The notes beneath the pieces are model-generated. The model made no database searches. It worked only from the letters and a program-made list of their open reading frames with translations, and had not been told where the DNA came from. 64,000 nt of DNA from Laetmonice hystrix. Its lineage: Eukaryota. This document shows, one piece after another, positions 23,165 to 38,164 of this stretch (position 1 is the stretch's first letter; every line of letters begins with the position of its first letter). Made by a program: the position numbers and the translations under genes. The DNA lies in the NCBI GenBank assembly GCA_965235115.1, contig OZ249437.1, positions 10,974,001 through 11,038,000 on the forward strand, written 5' to 3'.

Positions 23165-26100
23165 ATAGAGAATCCCCTCAAGTCTTACGTAACAACATTA
23201 GGTCTCCGATTCAGAAAACGTTGTCGCACATGAATCGATTCCTTCATCTGTAATTCCTACACAACATCCCACTCACAATGATATCTAGATCATCCATTAA
23301 GTCCCCACCCCAGCTCTCATCCTTAACCCCACAACTTTATGAGCACCAATCTATACCTTTGATTCTAGCGTTAATGTTTGGCTTGACACCTGCGCGTTGT
23401 TTGCTATTAACATATATACAGCCCCGGCACCCTTTTGTGGGTACCGTGTCAAGTAGCAGTAGTACTACATTCCATTGCTATCGCCCGCCTCCCCTATAGC
23501 AACAGACACCCAGTTCGAATCAGTCAGCTCATCGCCAATCTTGTCATCTTATACAACCTATGTAAACTTGGGTGTAATCGCTCTGGCTGGAACCATTGAT
23601 TTCGTCTTCTACTCCTCCCCCCACATCACACGGTGTAATTTACACACGATGACCCTGGCCCAAGCCTTGTCTCCCGGGGCCCACCTGGACACAATGGTTA
23701 CGACCATGGACGTTCATTAATTACAAATTATACACCCGCGCTACAAATCAATGTAGATTTGGCCCAAGGTAAATAGCCCCTAAACCTCTATAGCCGGTAC
23801 GTTTTGAACAATGACCCCTGGCGACGTGTCCGGAACGTTGGTTGTCCGCCATCCAGACACCCCATTAACACGAAATCTATGTACTACTCTGACGCTATTG
23901 ACCACACCCCTCCCTCTCTCCCCTCTTCCTTCCTGCCCGCTGGTTTAATTAGTCCACAGTCTAATCGCTAAGTTAAGGTGACTGACGCCGACGTTGAAGT
24001 TTTTTCGTGCACTGACTGAGCGCGACCCCTGGTGACCCCTCCTGCATCTACCAGAGCCTACATCCTCTCCCACCGCACACACCTTAATGGAAGGCGCCGG
24101 ATATCACATGCATAAAGACATGCACTTTAATGTTGAGTTAATGCATGGAAGATAATCAAGGAAATGTACGTATTCAGTCAAAGCTGCTTACAGAGGCACA
24201 GAGAGCCGTCGTCCTCATGTACTCCCACCTGTCCCCTGTATGCAGATGTCATAGATGTTTACCGTCAAGGCTGCCTCCAGTACTAAATACAATCGATATA
24301 AATGACCCCCAGATCCTCTGAACTCTATAAAAGTTGCTTGCCATAAAAAGGTGCTTGCCGCAAAATGTATGCAGGTAAATTGATTAGGAAGTCCCCACCA
24401 ATCCGTTACGAAACGGTTAAAAAATAACTTTCTACAAGGGATGAATATTCTATAATATAAAATTACCGCATACAATAAATATGTATAGGCCCTATGACAT
24501 TTAAATTCAAGTTAATATCCATGTCTCCTTTTTGGGAAAATGTATTTAAAGCAGTAATGTTTCACTGAGACTACATTAAGAGTTAAAAGGGTTCTAAGAA
24601 CCTCATTTATGTTTATGTAGTACATAATTTTCAGTGCTATAGTGTTATACATCGGTTTGATACAAGTTTATAGTTATAGTATGCCTACTCTTTTACTAAG
24701 GAGCAATGCATGTTTATGCAGATTTATAAATCATACTGTCTCAGGAAGTTACCGAAAGATAACTACAGAAGTTATATCCATGCGATACGATGTTCCAAAC
24801 GACGAAATAAAGACATCCGTTATAGGAGTCTGACATCAAGTTTAACAAGCGTTGAATTTACTCTAAAAACCCCCAAGATCACCAAGGCCCATAACACGTT
24901 ATCAGGTGGCATTTCTCTTACCTTGTATCACTGTAGCATTTTACTCCACGCTGCTATACCCTTACTACATCGTCGTCGTCTAGACCAAGACTCACGTAAT
25001 TCATTCTCTATCGTGCTGAACTGTGCAATAACTACCGACACTGATCTACCCAATGAAACTGCTCTTATGTCTCGGCTTATGCAACGCAAGCATTGGATAC
25101 TTGTACCCTTAGTGAGTACACAAACATAGTGGAACTCTTAGGCTGGGCTTTTATATAAAGGAGTGTTTGAATAGAGCCTCACGTGAGGCAAGTTAGCAAT
25201 ACCCCTTTGGGGTACTCTAAAGCCCCAGGAACAACTCTTCAGTCGGTAGCAAGTGAGGGTAAAATGCCCGCTATCTTTACCCCTGAAGCTACCAAGCTCA
25301 CAGCTGTGTTCACCGTGACATCGACCTCCGGCAACATGAACCAGAAATTCTGTCTTGACACCCCACGTCCGAGAAAGGGAGACCCCCCCCCCCCCTCCCA
25401 ATCGCTTTCCCTATCTCTTTCCTGCCCATTCCAACGTTAGGTGATTTACTGTCCCTTGATAAATTTACCCTCAAGTCGGTCTATACTTGTTGCGTGAAAC
25501 GTGTGGCTCACTTCGTGAAATTTAACAGAGAGAAAATAAAAGAGTAAGGCAGCAATTTACTTTACATCAATTATGGATGATTTTATCCTCGTATACAAGT
25601 CCACACAATGAAACATTCTGCTGGGCTGGCGTTCGTTCCCTGGGGCATTAAAAGTAACGGTTGCCCCTTTCAATTGTCTCTGTGCCGAGACCTCAATAGG
25701 CAGGTCCCAGCTTCAGCTGGCTCACGCTCACAGTAGCATGGCATAATTTGTGATTTCTCTTCTCTCCCTGTGCAAATCTGGCTCAGAATTGTCTTGAGCC
25801 CCGAGGCCCTAAACACGTCCACAGACCTGGCTCATTTAATGGACAGGTCCCCAATTCGCTGAGAATACACAGCGACCATGGCGGTTCGCTCGACCTCTAA
25901 ATTACACATTTCAAAAAGGTTTCCCCCTCCCGCGTACGGCGTAACACCTTTCCAGCGTCCCCCGCGGCCCCAAACTCCATCCAAGTGTCACCGGTCGGGA
26001 TGCCCGCTAAACGCGACAGCCGACAAGGACGACGTTCGATGTTGTGTGTATAAACAATCTGTGCAGCGCGTTTCCAGCCCGCGGCATGGAACACAAATAT

Positions 26101-28649
26101 CTAGTTTTCTGTGCAGAATTAAAACGGCCGCCTCATCCCATATTGGAAAAATGCGGCAAAATGATGGCTTCGAAAATAGTGTTGATTCAGTCCAACCTCC
26201 ATTACAGGAATTTTATTACTTGACTCCAGCAAGCGAATCGAAATGTTTCAACCGTATAATTCTTGTTCACCTTCGTTTGGCTCCACTTAAAAAGATTGTC
26301 AACTTTGCACTGCAGTACAGAAGAGAAGGCAATCAAATCTGAAGGCCTCAACTGTGTGGGGTTCTATATTTGGTTCAGTATTTCTTTGGAAACCATGTGT
26401 CACCGGTCAGATCCATCAAAACCAATGGCAGTCTTGACAGAGTTTCTCCTTAATCACAATATGATAACGATCGAGTGTGCTTACCGGTCAATATGTACGT
26501 GTTATCATAATGAGATGAGCAATAAACTTTCAAATCTAACCATCGAGAGAGAAAAATAATCACTAACGCGTAATCTAAGGGGTATATACAATGTATGTGA
26601 AGTAAGACTTTCATGAATCCAATAGCTCTTTAATTATCAGGTGATTTTTAACGCATGTGTCACAACCTACTAAATCTCTCCTCGTGCGCCCATTAAACTC
26701 CTCTTAAATATCATAGATATCATCTCATGCCCGAGAGAGATCCTGCCTCACAAAATGGTCCAATCGCGAATTACCAAAGATTTTAAAGTCATCAACTCTA
26801 GTTTTTAATATGATCCATAAAAGTTGTCGTTTTATGTGGCATCGTATTTTTGCCATCTTCAATTCTTTTCAGGATACCGGATGTAGTCTACAAGTTAAAA
26901 GTTCACTTTTCTCTTCAATGACCATCGACATTGTTGGTTTGTACACACGGCGATTGGTCACAAGATGCTGACCCCGTGACCTCTGCAGCCCTCAGATTCC
27001 CTTTCCGTCCCCCTTGCTCCAGTGCATCAGAGGAAAATATTCATCATCCGAAGAAATCAAGTAGAAATCCAAACACAGGGGTTCATAAACGCGCCGCACG
27101 GCGCACAAAGCAAGCAGGCAAAAGCTGCAAAGCCAACACACTCTCCCGACCAGCACCTCCAAATTGAAGTTAAATTTTGTGAGCAAATCTGATTTCACTG
27201 TTCTCAGCGCCCAGGCAGATGTTGTGGTGAGAAAATTAGAGGGACCAAGTGGCCACCTCTAGTACCCAGTCGTTCCCCAGTAACACGCTCGTGACTTTCC
27301 GCTCCTACTCGGCACAAACCCTCACTTTTCTCTGCCTCTAATGACACACATATGAACGAACACGCAAGGTGAGCTTACTTAAGAAGTTACATCGACTGGC
27401 AGAAATCAGATGTGACAAGGGTACCAGACCACATCGGGTTGGCCCCAAACACCGTGAAATAGGCCAACATACGGCACAGTGTCTAACAAACCACAGAAAT
27501 TCTTCCTAAACCTGTTCGCTTGTAAGCATGCACTGAACATGGCTACAATGGTCAATGGAAGCGTGCACTTTCATTGCAATATGCGTGGCTTTTCACACAA
27601 GCTGCACAATTGGTGGTGGTAATTATAAGCAACACTTAGCACTTTCTGACAAAGGTTCGGACTCTTACTAGTACACGAAGCCTGTATAATGCCGTACACC
27701 TGGGTTAAATGACCACACCTTTCTTTCTAGACTTGGTCAACTCTTTTCATTCAGTCGAGTGTAACATGTTACTTATTGGTCATTCACTAATTGGTTCAAC
27801 CAGTGCTTGTATATAAACTACTCTATCCAAATATATCTACTGTCTCAGAAAAAGGGCAATTGCATGTCTGTACGTACATGTATTTCCTGCAAGAGGATGT
27901 ATTTTTGTCAGCACATGTTCTGTACTGACTAACTGGTGACCTGCCTCAGATTAAGTTTTTCCATGACAAAGCCGATCAGGAATCTGAAATAATCAATATG
28001 CATTACGATCAGGTTCATTATATAGTCTACTGTCTTTGCGGTTTACCAAATCAAAATGTCTTAAAGATGGGTCCTTGCTTCCATCGGTTCAAAAGGTCAT
28101 TCACTCCACCCCTGAACTGTCGAGCCGTGTATATTGTACATTAAGACTTGTATACCCTCGTTTTTCACTGGCGCTGGGACACCGACAAAAGAGAATGTAT
28201 ATTCACAGTCTCAACAGTTTCTGAACCGCTATACCAGTACGTGATAAACTCACAGAGATCAGATAGTCTGAAGATCAATACCACACAAATTTTACAACCT
28301 CTTCTATTTTGAGTTGACACTGAGAACATGGGGGGGGGGGGTGAAGTGGGCCGCGAAACCTGTTCAAATGTAGGCCCTATACTCTGCCCAAGCTCCGACT
28401 GGGGCCCAAACCGCTAACCATAATATATCACATACTGTTTGAATAGGACGGCCGGGTCAAATTGAAAATTTCTGACGTGAATCAAGTAGGCAGAGAAGGA
28501 TGGGGACTTCATTGAGCAGTCTATAAAACTGCCCTAGGCTTCATCATCTTCCACCTGATTTGCCGCTTTGACAACTGGAAGCGCGGGTACAAAGAGTGGA
28601 CACCCGGCTTTAACTCTCCCCGTCCCACTTCTGTCGACAAGGGAGCGGA

Positions 28650-28794
28650 TGGGAGCGTTCTCACAACTCCACTCCAAACCTGCCCACCGCCGACACTCGG
28701 TTAAAATAGATCGCGTTACACACACTTCAAACTCATCACATTTTGTTGTCTCAACACTTCCTTCACATAGATCATTACACATCAAACACAATTC
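28650..28794 (-). pseudogene. Degenerate PHD-finger-like fragment, possibly from a CR1/L2 LINE ORF1
   Basis: CLMCNDLCEGSVETTKCDEFEVCV...LEWSCEN resembles C-x2-C...CD-x-C-x2-W-x-H...W-x-C-x2-C, with several ligand positions mutated. Confidence 0.35.
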
Positions 28795-29279
28795 GGGTTG
28801 AGATTCAACGTCTAACGGTACTTCAACAGATGTTCATAACTGATTTTTTTATCCAAAGGGTTCATTCACTGTCCTGTTAAAATTACATTACTATACTTTC
28901 AGAATTAGGCCTACTTCCAGAATACACATGACAGAAAACAACCTAGCCTAGGCTCTGCTATATGTTTTCTTCTGTACAAATCAAGATTTGTAAAAAGAAA
29001 AGTCACCATTAATGTGTCAGGTTTTCGGCGTGACAGTTATAATTCCAGAGATGACTTTATTTATTAGAGGATATATCAGATTAAACCTTGGATAAAAGTC
29101 TTGAAACAGTTGAGTTAATGTAGAGGTTTGAATCTGAGAGGAACAGGGCGTAGGCCTACACGACGCCTCGAGCTGAACCACGACTATCCCTTTCCGTGTT
29201 TTTACGTCAAAGACCTCAAACCATTACAGGGGTCCATCTTTTTCTCAATGCACCAAGAGTTGGTCCGGCTATAATCAAA

Positions 29280-29670
29280 TTGCTACTATAAATCTGTGAT
29301 ATGGAATAATCGTCCTACTCATATCAGATGCATAAATGATATTGATGAATTCAAGTCACTAATTAAAAGGTACTATACATACTAATATGTTCTTATCAGA
29401 TAACAACCGTCCACTAGTCCACTGGTAATTATTAGATCATGTGTTATTTAATGCTTGTCAATGATACGTAATGTATCTTTAATGGTGTACTGTTTAGTGT
29501 TGTGTTCTGTAGCGTTTGTTTGTAATTATGTGTATATATAGCCTATGTTCCAGCAAATATCTCTTTAATTTATTAGTTAGTGCAGCAATGTATTCTGTGC
29601 AGGACCCCGCATTTGTAATAGCACCCAGTCGAGTGGGTACAGATTTTAATAAAAAATAAACTAAAAAAAT
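29280..29670 (+). mobile_element. 5'-truncated CR1/L2-type LINE 3' end
   Basis: WNNRPTHIRCINDIDEFKSLIKRYY from 29302 matches the WNxLP...FK C-terminus of CR1/L2 ORF2. It is followed by a T-rich 3' UTR and an A-rich tail ending ~29669. Confidence 0.65.
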
Positions 29671-31444
29671 AGAAGCGCAAATGCGGATTAAGGCCACGGG
29701 GGGCAGCACCATCTAGACACACATCGCCCTGCGAAAATTAGTGCCTGAGGCCATCACTAGGGTGCAGCACATGCTGGAGTGAGAGTCAGTATTTCTAAAC
29801 CGCATGGAGGTCAATTTCTAAATATAGGCCTAGAAGTTCAAGCTCATAATTGGTAAGATGTAGAAAGAGTTAAGGGGTTTGAAAGCTGTCTTTTGTTTCT
29901 AGACCTTTACTGTTTTTTATTAGGCCTCTAAAGCAGCGTGTTTTACCGGTACCGGGCCCAGCCCTCCAACCTTCAGTGAATGTCCCCGTTTCAAGTTTGC
30001 AGTTGAACATTCTACACTTCAGTCTAACTAGGCTTACACTGGATGGTAATGTTAGAACAGTACCCTACCTGTAGACCCTACGTATAGGCCTGGTTGAAGA
30101 TGATGTTTAAATCTATACACTGAAGGCACTATAATTATGGTGCTGTTGTTGAAACAGTTCTTAACTTACTAACAATTTATTACAGACCTTAACGAAAGAC
30201 CATAATAATCGCATGAGATACACACATATAGCCGTTCATTATACTTTACTTGTCAAACAGGCGATAGAAGGGATCAGATATTTTACAGGCGAATGTTCTT
30301 TTTTGACAACAAAATTGAAAGAATGTAGGCCTACTGGCGATTGTTTATTTATGTATTTATTATCAATGATTAAGCATACTGTATAGTTGTAAGACGTCGA
30401 GAAGGAAGATGTATATACACATGACACCACATTTTGTTACGGCGTTTAAGCCGAGTGGTATTTTCCTGAATAAAAATGATTAACCAAAAAAAAGAAGAAA
30501 AAAAGTAGACCGGAATAAGAGTTCAGATTTTATACACTAGATGGCGACACACTCTTTCATTTAGTGTTATGTTAAGCCACTAGGAGTTTATTCGGTTGCG
30601 CCACCTGTCCACCTCGTCACGAACTAGCTTTTTTAAAATTTGGACCATTCACATTGCCCATCAATATGCAACCATACCCATACCGTATAACTTATATTCC
30701 CCAAAAGGTGATCAGTTTCTCGTATAGTTTATATAGTTTTATAGTTTCTTGTATATCCACGGACATTGCAGAAAATAAACCAAAGATGGTTGCCAGAATC
30801 AAGAATTACTGGGTTCTATTCCCCAGAAACGGTCATTGTAAAGGTTGCTCTTCATCCCCGGATTTTAAAACCGCACATTTTAGTTCACGGGCCATGACTC
30901 AAAACAGCCTCAAAGAAGGCTGCCACCGCGCAAGGTAAAAAGAAAGGGCCATGAATAATTTGCTTGTCAATCTTTATTACAGTGACTGAAAATTAAACTG
31001 GACATATTTTCCCCTCAAAAAGGTACTACATGTACGTACAAGTCACTGAGAGCTGTAGTGAAAATGTTCACATAATCATATACATTTGTCATTAATGTTA
31101 TTGTCCCTTCCACTCCAGGAAAATAATTTAATTCGGTTTCTAAAACATTTCAAAGTAGAGAATATTATATTTTGTGAACGGATATCTTTTACAAAGACAA
31201 CATGCAATGCAATGAATCATGAACTTATGTGATGCGCCTGCTTCACTCATAGAAACGTCCCCTCTTCTGAAAATCAAAGTTTCAGGGCATGACAAACTTC
31301 AGCTGGTGTTTATAATTTATGTCAACTGCAACAAAACGGACTCCCGTTCAACCACCCAATGATTACATTTCAACAACTTAGAAGTTCAATCAAAACATTG
31401 GCAATGAAAGTACACCGGCTGACTGAATATTTATGTTAATATTA

Positions 31445-31756
31445 GCTTCCCGAGAATACGGACCAGCAGCTTACTGACTGCTCGCTTCCCGAGAATACGG
31501 ACCAGCAGCTTACTGACTGCTCGCTTCCCGAGAATACGGACCAGCAGCTTACTGACTGCTCGCTTCCCGAGAATACGGACCAGCAGCTTACTGACTGCTC
31601 GCTTCCCGAGAATACGGACCAGCAGCTTACTGACTGCTCGCTTCCCGAGAATACGGACCAGCAGCTTACTGACTGCTCCCTTCCCGAGAATACGGACCAG
31701 CAGCTTACTGACTGCTCGCTTCCCAAGAATACGGACCCGCAGCTTACTGACTGCTC
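31445..31756. repeat. Minisatellite, 39-bp unit x8 (GCTTCCCGAGAATACGGACCAGCAGCTTACTGACTGCTC)
   Basis: Directly visible head-to-tail copies with no spacers. Only the last two units vary. Confidence 0.97.
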
Positions 31757-32903
31757 CCTCCATCTGGCTCGCAATGACAGGAACGGATCTCAAGTTTTTA
31801 CAATAGAGAAAAGAACACAAAACTTTATCACACATGACCAGTTGTAACAAAGCCCTTTCTGAATATAGTTTTATCTTCTCTTTACCAGTCCTCGATTTGG
31901 CACGTAGAAAGCCACATATTTACCGACAGTGTTCATAGACACGATCTAGGCTGGGTATTTCCATCTGGATTTTGTACAGTTTCATTTAAACAGCAAGTCG
32001 CTGGTGTTGTTTTTTGTTTGTTTATTTGGTGTGCGTGTGTATCAGTGTGGAAACTTTTTTCGGGTTAAAGGTATTCCTACACGTACAGGTATACAATATG
32101 AAGCCCGTTAATTCCAAAGCCGAAGATAAGATCCTGGAAAAGTTGTTAGTGGACATCTGATTACAGTTCTGTACATGCAGCACACGCGCCTCGGCAACAG
32201 CCTGGGTCATAGCAAGGCGACCAGAGAAAACAGGATTATTGCAGAGAAAATAACCGACTTTACAGCAGGTAATCAGAGCAGATGAAAGGTCCTGTCGTGA
32301 TGAACATGTGACAAACGTGGTTTTCAATTTGAAACATTGTGTTGACATCCACGCGTGGTTGTAATTCTACAACCTTTGGCACGCTTCACCCACTGAACAA
32401 ATGTCAATATTCTAATGAAGGTTTTCGATTTGTCGAGATACTGATTTTGAATATAGAACTTTACACTTTACTATGATAATAGTTTTGGGGGTGCAACTTT
32501 CCTGCTGGAGTAGTTTAAATTAAAGTAAGCCTACACACTACTTTGATGGGGATTCTTAATGCTAGTCACATTTTACAAGGTTAGAGGGGCTCCAGTTTAT
32601 GTTTACACTTGGTATACAAAGTTACTACATTTACACAGCAAAACAAAGTTATGACAGGTTAATTGTATATCCTCTGTGGGATCAGAATCGAGCGCAAGCT
32701 TCGATACATTCTACTCAGACAGGTGAATTACAAAAGCATATCCGATGGATATAGAACTCTTTTTGCAATCGTAAATGATAGAAAATTTGGTATACATGTA
32801 TTCTTTTTCCTTGGCTTATCCGAGTTTTCACAGAAACGGTAACAGACGCAGCAAGATGCGTTTTGTGTTTAGGTAACTTTGCTTTAGCAAAAATAAGTCG
32901 AGT

Positions 32904-33046
32904 AGGCCATCTTTACATAATGGAGGCCAACTTTACATAATTGAGGCCATCTTTACATAATGGAGGCCAGCTTTACATAATGGAGGCCAGCTTTACATAA
33001 TGGAGGCCAGCTTTACATAATGGAGGCCAGCTTTACATAATGGAGG
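32904..33046. repeat. Minisatellite, 20-bp unit x~7 (AGGCCAGCTTTACATAATGG)
   Basis: Directly visible tandem copies. Confidence 0.95.
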
Positions 33047-34801
33047 TGATATTTCTAATATCAAGCACGGTTACAATAGACACGGCTGATCAATTCTGCC
33101 TCCAGGTCACCATACAATGTTGCCAACTGCTATTTCTTCCCAAATCTCAGATTTGCCTTGACTCAAGCTAACGTCTCATTACTTTTACTTACTACAATAC
33201 TTCCAGCTTCCAAACAATCATCATAGAACATTCGTTGTCACCTTCAATCGACAACTCGGACGCATAAATGGTTCTTTCTTGCTGTTATTTCAGTTTTAAC
33301 TTTATCTGAGCCTCATCTAGCACTGGTCCAATATTCTACAGCTCATCCAACCGGTGGCACCCGAGTCTGGTGATGCGACCAGCAGAGACACCTATCAGCG
33401 AAACTGGGAATGAGAACCGAGCTAGTGGCGCCCCCTCGCGTGTATACAAATACTTGACCTTGTGATTTGATACGACTGCACAGGTCGGACCCTCGGCGTA
33501 TACTTGGTACCATGCACAGCTCACTAAGTCTGTTCCGACTCTTTAAACAGTTCACCATCTTTCCACCACTTGCCAGTTTCAGATCTGCTTGGGGATATCA
33601 CAGACGATAGGTTTTGCAAACAAAACAGGCACGGGTTACAAAAGTGGCTACATTTCGCAGTTGTCCTAAAGTATTATTCAATAATTAATTCGCGCAAAAT
33701 GCAATATATGTTAAGCAGGGGCGGGGGGCAGCAACCAGCCACTGAGACAATCAGGACTTCTAGACTTGGAGAAAGCTGCAGGATTTCTCAGGAATACGCT
33801 CACTTCGCGTGTGTGCACTGAAGCAGAGGTACACTTTCCATGGCCACACTCGCACCCGCTGCCAAGTGATGGGAAGGCAGTGTCCTATACTTAATACACA
33901 TCATATTAATGTCTGTACATCTGACGAGAAGGGCTCAAACCCTAACACATCAACCCGGGTGGTGCTTGCTGTCCTCTACTCTTCATCTATTGCTACATAT
34001 AAAATTCACTAGACTATATAAAATTACTTTTTTTTAAAAATGTGAACTAAATGCAAACAAACCAACAAAGCCGAAGAGTTTATCTTACATGTTTTATGAT
34101 ACCTTAATGCACAGGGGCCGAGTGCCCAGTTCTCAGTCTCCGTCGCCACCAGATGAAGTTGGCACACATGTGTAAGAAAACAAAAACATTGGGCAATCTT
34201 CAGCAGTGGCACACATGGCCAACTGACTTCCAAACTTTTAATACGTCCTTACAATAACTTATGCCACTCTTATGTACATCAGGTTTGCTCAAGAGACATT
34301 CGAGCTGATGATGAATGGAAAAGACGGACAAAAATAAAGAGAGAGAGAGAGAGAAAAAGAGTGAGCCCCTTCTTGTATCAGCATCATTCTTTGCACAGTG
34401 AATAGGCTGCACAGTTTTCTTACCTTATCGCATTGCAACTCCTTAATTACTTTAATATTGACAACAAAATTGAAAACGGAGACCAACCCCCCCCCCCCCC
34501 ATATTAATCTTAATTGAGTCCATGAGATTGGTCTGTACCATTCTGATACCTTCACCGAGGAACACTTCTGGATGTAGACTCCAGGTGGTGAAATCTTGAC
34601 GATTGTGAGGTGTGTCCTCGAGTTATCTCAGTGACGCGCAGTGCAGCACTGTCTGCTATACATAATATTTGTATGGGTGTGTCTTGCTGTATGTGTGTTG
34701 TGTATGTTTGTGTGTCTGAGGACCAATTAGGTGGTACACTATTAGGGTCAGCAGAGCTGTGTAGCGGGCGCGGGCACTCACACGCGTCCCACCTCCAACC
34801 C

Positions 34802-34861
34802 TCAGTACTCTTCCTCGTCATTGGGGTCCAGACCGTCATCCTCTGGAGCTGCGAAACCATC
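34802..34861 (-). CDS. EB1: EB1 terminal coding exon (DGFAAPEDDGLDPNDEEEY*)
   Basis: TTTCAG acceptor. Acidic tail ending in the EEY CAP-Gly-binding motif and TGA. The spliced CDS totals 825 nt (274 aa). Confidence 0.93.
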   Translation of the reverse strand, partial: DGFAAPEDDGLDPNDEEEY

Positions 34862-35968
34862 CTGAAATCATTGGCCAAATCACTGTCTTTAACATCAATC
34901 AAAATTAGGGATCAATCAAGTTACACTGGGGCCCGTTTCACTAAGACTGGCGATTGCTGATTTTGGGGAATAAAATTTTAACCAAATTTGGCAACTGCGG
35001 TGAAATTTCTCAACACCGTCGCCACTGTCACAAATCTATTCTGCCATTGTCACTTGTCTAAATTGTCCTCGCTGGCACAGAGCCACATTGGATTCCTGTT
35101 GATGATCAATGATCTTTTTACAAGAACAGAAAGATAGCAGGCGAGTTTTAAAATACCTGGTATATAACGGGTCTCTTGCTTATAGCTACAGTCTAAACCC
35201 AACACCAAACAAACCCTGACTTTCGTTAGTAAATTAGGAAGTGACGATATTGAACATAATTTGAAGGACAGGTCCGGTTCTGTTCTAGGACTCTGTTTGA
35301 GGACTTTGATGCTGAAACTCATGTTATCCTGTTGTCACTCAAATAAAGTCCCAAAACAACTACAAACATCTATGAAAGTAGCAAATAGGCTATCTATTAC
35401 TAAGCCAATATTCTGTGATCTGAACTGCAGACAAAATACCACAATCCTCTCAACATAGCTGCACCTTTGGTGGTCAGGGCTCGAAGCTAGCTTGAACTCT
35501 TCCCTTGTAAATATACGGAAATTCCAAAATTTGAGACCTGGCTCATTCCAGAGATACTTCGGAAGGAAGCCGTGCATGGTTAGTATTAAAATGACGAGTT
35601 TTAGGCACATGGGTGAGGATAATCAAAAAGTGGCCACTCTCTGTGATCATTTTGAATTGTGCATTATAAGAAAGTCAAAACTTCAATATCACTCGTCTAG
35701 AAAACCTTGGTTTAGGGACATTTTTACATGTGCTTAGGCCAAAATCATTTTCTGGAATCAAACTTTTTTAAATTTCAAAATTCTAAAAATTTGACCTTTT
35801 TTGAGCTTTAACACAAAACAAATTGCCTAAAAGCAAGCATTAAAGGACAGAACCATTCAGTTCTGTTGACAGGCCATTTTCTTTTCCTTCTCCTGCCTTC
35901 TTAATCCAAGCAAGGTAGGTAGCTTAGAGCCCTGCTTTTACCGTTGTGCCATCTTCATTATCCTGTAC

Positions 35969-36121
35969 CTCTGTTGCATATAAAATATCCAGGATGTTTT
36001 TCACGACAGGAAGTTCACTGCTCTCCGTCTCTTGGCAAAGGACTTCAATGTCTCTCAACTTGCCAAAGTAGAAATCCCTTTCTTTCTCCAGGCTCTCAAC
36101 AGAGACCCGTGTCTCTTCAAG
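35969..36121 (-). CDS. EB1: EB1 exon 6, EBH domain (LEETRVSVESLEKERDFYFGKLRDIEVLCQ...LDILYATE)
   Basis: Contains the hallmark LEKERDFYFGKLR motif. CACAG acceptor, GAG|GTACA donor. 153 nt. Confidence 0.97.
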
Positions 36122-36362
36122 CTGTGCAAACAAAGAATAGCACAAGTTCAACTACAGCATATTCTTTTCCTTTCACTTATAATACAATGTACAGCTCTTA
36201 ATATTATAGTCTTCATGCTGTCGGATCAAAATCTCAACAAATTATTTTTAATTTACCACAAACGAGTCTTCTTAGACCAAATAAAAGGAAGTTTTCGGAA
36301 CGTTTTAATTTTAATTTTTAAAATTTTAATTGACAAAAAAAAGGGGGATTGTGGTAGTTCAC

Positions 36363-36487
36363 CTTTGCAGTGAGCTCCTCCACAACTTTAGGATCCCCTC
36401 CTCCTCCTCCTCCTCCCATTCGAGGTGCCGGTGGTGTTCGCGTCACACCTGCAGATGGCGATCTCTGGTTGGCTGCTGGCCTGGAGG
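36363..36487 (-). CDS. EB1: EB1 exon 5, linker to coiled-coil start (SRPAANQRSPSAGVTRTPPAPRMGGGGGGGDPKVVEELTAK)
   Basis: TTACAG acceptor, AAG|GTGAA donor. 125 nt, phase 1/0, consistent with the flanking exons. Composition is typical of the EB linker. Confidence 0.88.
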
Positions 36488-38164
36488 CTGTAACAAGAGA
36501 AAGCATGGTGATTATCAGGGGCAGGTTTTCCAGCCATTGATATATGAACAAACCAGGAATACACCATCTCCCACTGAACGGCTATCGGCACAACACTGAT
36601 TATTACACCGTCCCATGAATGGGGTCTGACTCTCCATCATCAAACCCCTTCAAACAGTCTGCGGTCAGTCATACTGTTGGAGGTCTTGTCATACGCTCGG
36701 AGAAGTTAACCAGCCACACACTTTGTACAGCCATCCCACCGAGCAGTCTACTCTCCGTTCATCACAAAATTCACTTGTAATTATATCTTCTACACTCAGA
36801 AAACTTGAGGCCTTATCTGACAATTCAAGCTGGACTCATAAATAGGTCAATTTCATGGGTTTTTATGTACAATGACTGTGCTAAGTATATTACAATAAAA
36901 GCATCTTCAATTACCCCTATAATACAAAATCTTTGCAACTGGGGCAAAAATGTGATCTGGACTGGTAAATTTACTTACAATTTTGACTACAAATATTGAA
37001 AATTTAATAAAAAATATCAAAACAGCTTCAATTTCAAATTCTGTACTCCATAGAGTGTGGTAAACCACTGATTTCCTAGCGAAGAAGAGATAATGATTTA
37101 AACCGTTTATCCTTTGAGTTCTAGAATTATCCGGCACACATAACAAAGCAGGTTACAACACTGTAGACATGCAGACTTTGGGTTTACCTATCTGGCTCCT
37201 CCCTATGTTTCCAGCAGCTTGAAAATTGGATCAAGTGAAACATAACTGATCAGTATAACTAAACTGGGTGCCATATTGGGGCTGGAACCATTTTGTCCTT
37301 CTCGTCCAAGACTGGCATACTAAAACTATGCACGCTTATATAACCTTGATTTCTAGGAGGCAGCCAGATACTCCGATTCAGTCAGCAATAACTAGAGTTC
37401 CAAAGCTGTCAGCTCAGCAAACTTTCCGCACCATTCCTGCTTCATGGCTATGTTCAAAATTCAATGTTTTAAGCCTCTTATTCATCAATTTTTTTTACTT
37501 GAGCAAGTACATTGTATCCCAGACTTTTTCCGGCACCTATGTAAAATTCCTGGATCTTTCCCGTTTTCACAGACCCATCGGGACCCTGAATACCACTCAG
37601 GATACCTGTCACAATATCCCTGCATGAACAAAAAACAGAAAAAGTGGAAACCCACCAATACGCAAAAAAAAAACAACTCATGTCTGAGAGTATGGTGACT
37701 TAACTTTTCCATAATCGGACAGAGCAAACACTTTGTACCATTAACATCAAAAATCAACTTATCTTTAAGTTCAACCAGTGAAAACGTGGGTCAAACTAGC
37801 TGAAGGTCAATCTAGGCCATAGGTCATCTCAACCTAATTCACTATTTGTGATCACTCTGTGTATTAGTGGTAATTATTTAAAACCCTTGGTTAAATCTCC
37901 AAAAAGCATTCAATGGAATCATACAACACTACAAAACTGTTTTTCACAGCAGATATAAACCATCTACATCTGATCTGTTATAAAAGTACAGCATTACACA
38001 CATTAATAAAAGGGCCAAATAACAACTGGATTTTAGTTTATAATATAGGTCACTGTTTTTCAATCTTAACGGCAAGGCAGGTCATGGATGTGGGATCTAA
38101 ACAAAGGCTGGGGTTAACGGTGGGTGGAGCTGATACACTGCTGTAAGTGTAAGGGATGAGGCCA

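Noticed and set aside
31431-31850. 139-aa ORF with (KRAVSKLLVRILG)n
   Set aside because: Artefact of the 39-bp minisatellite.
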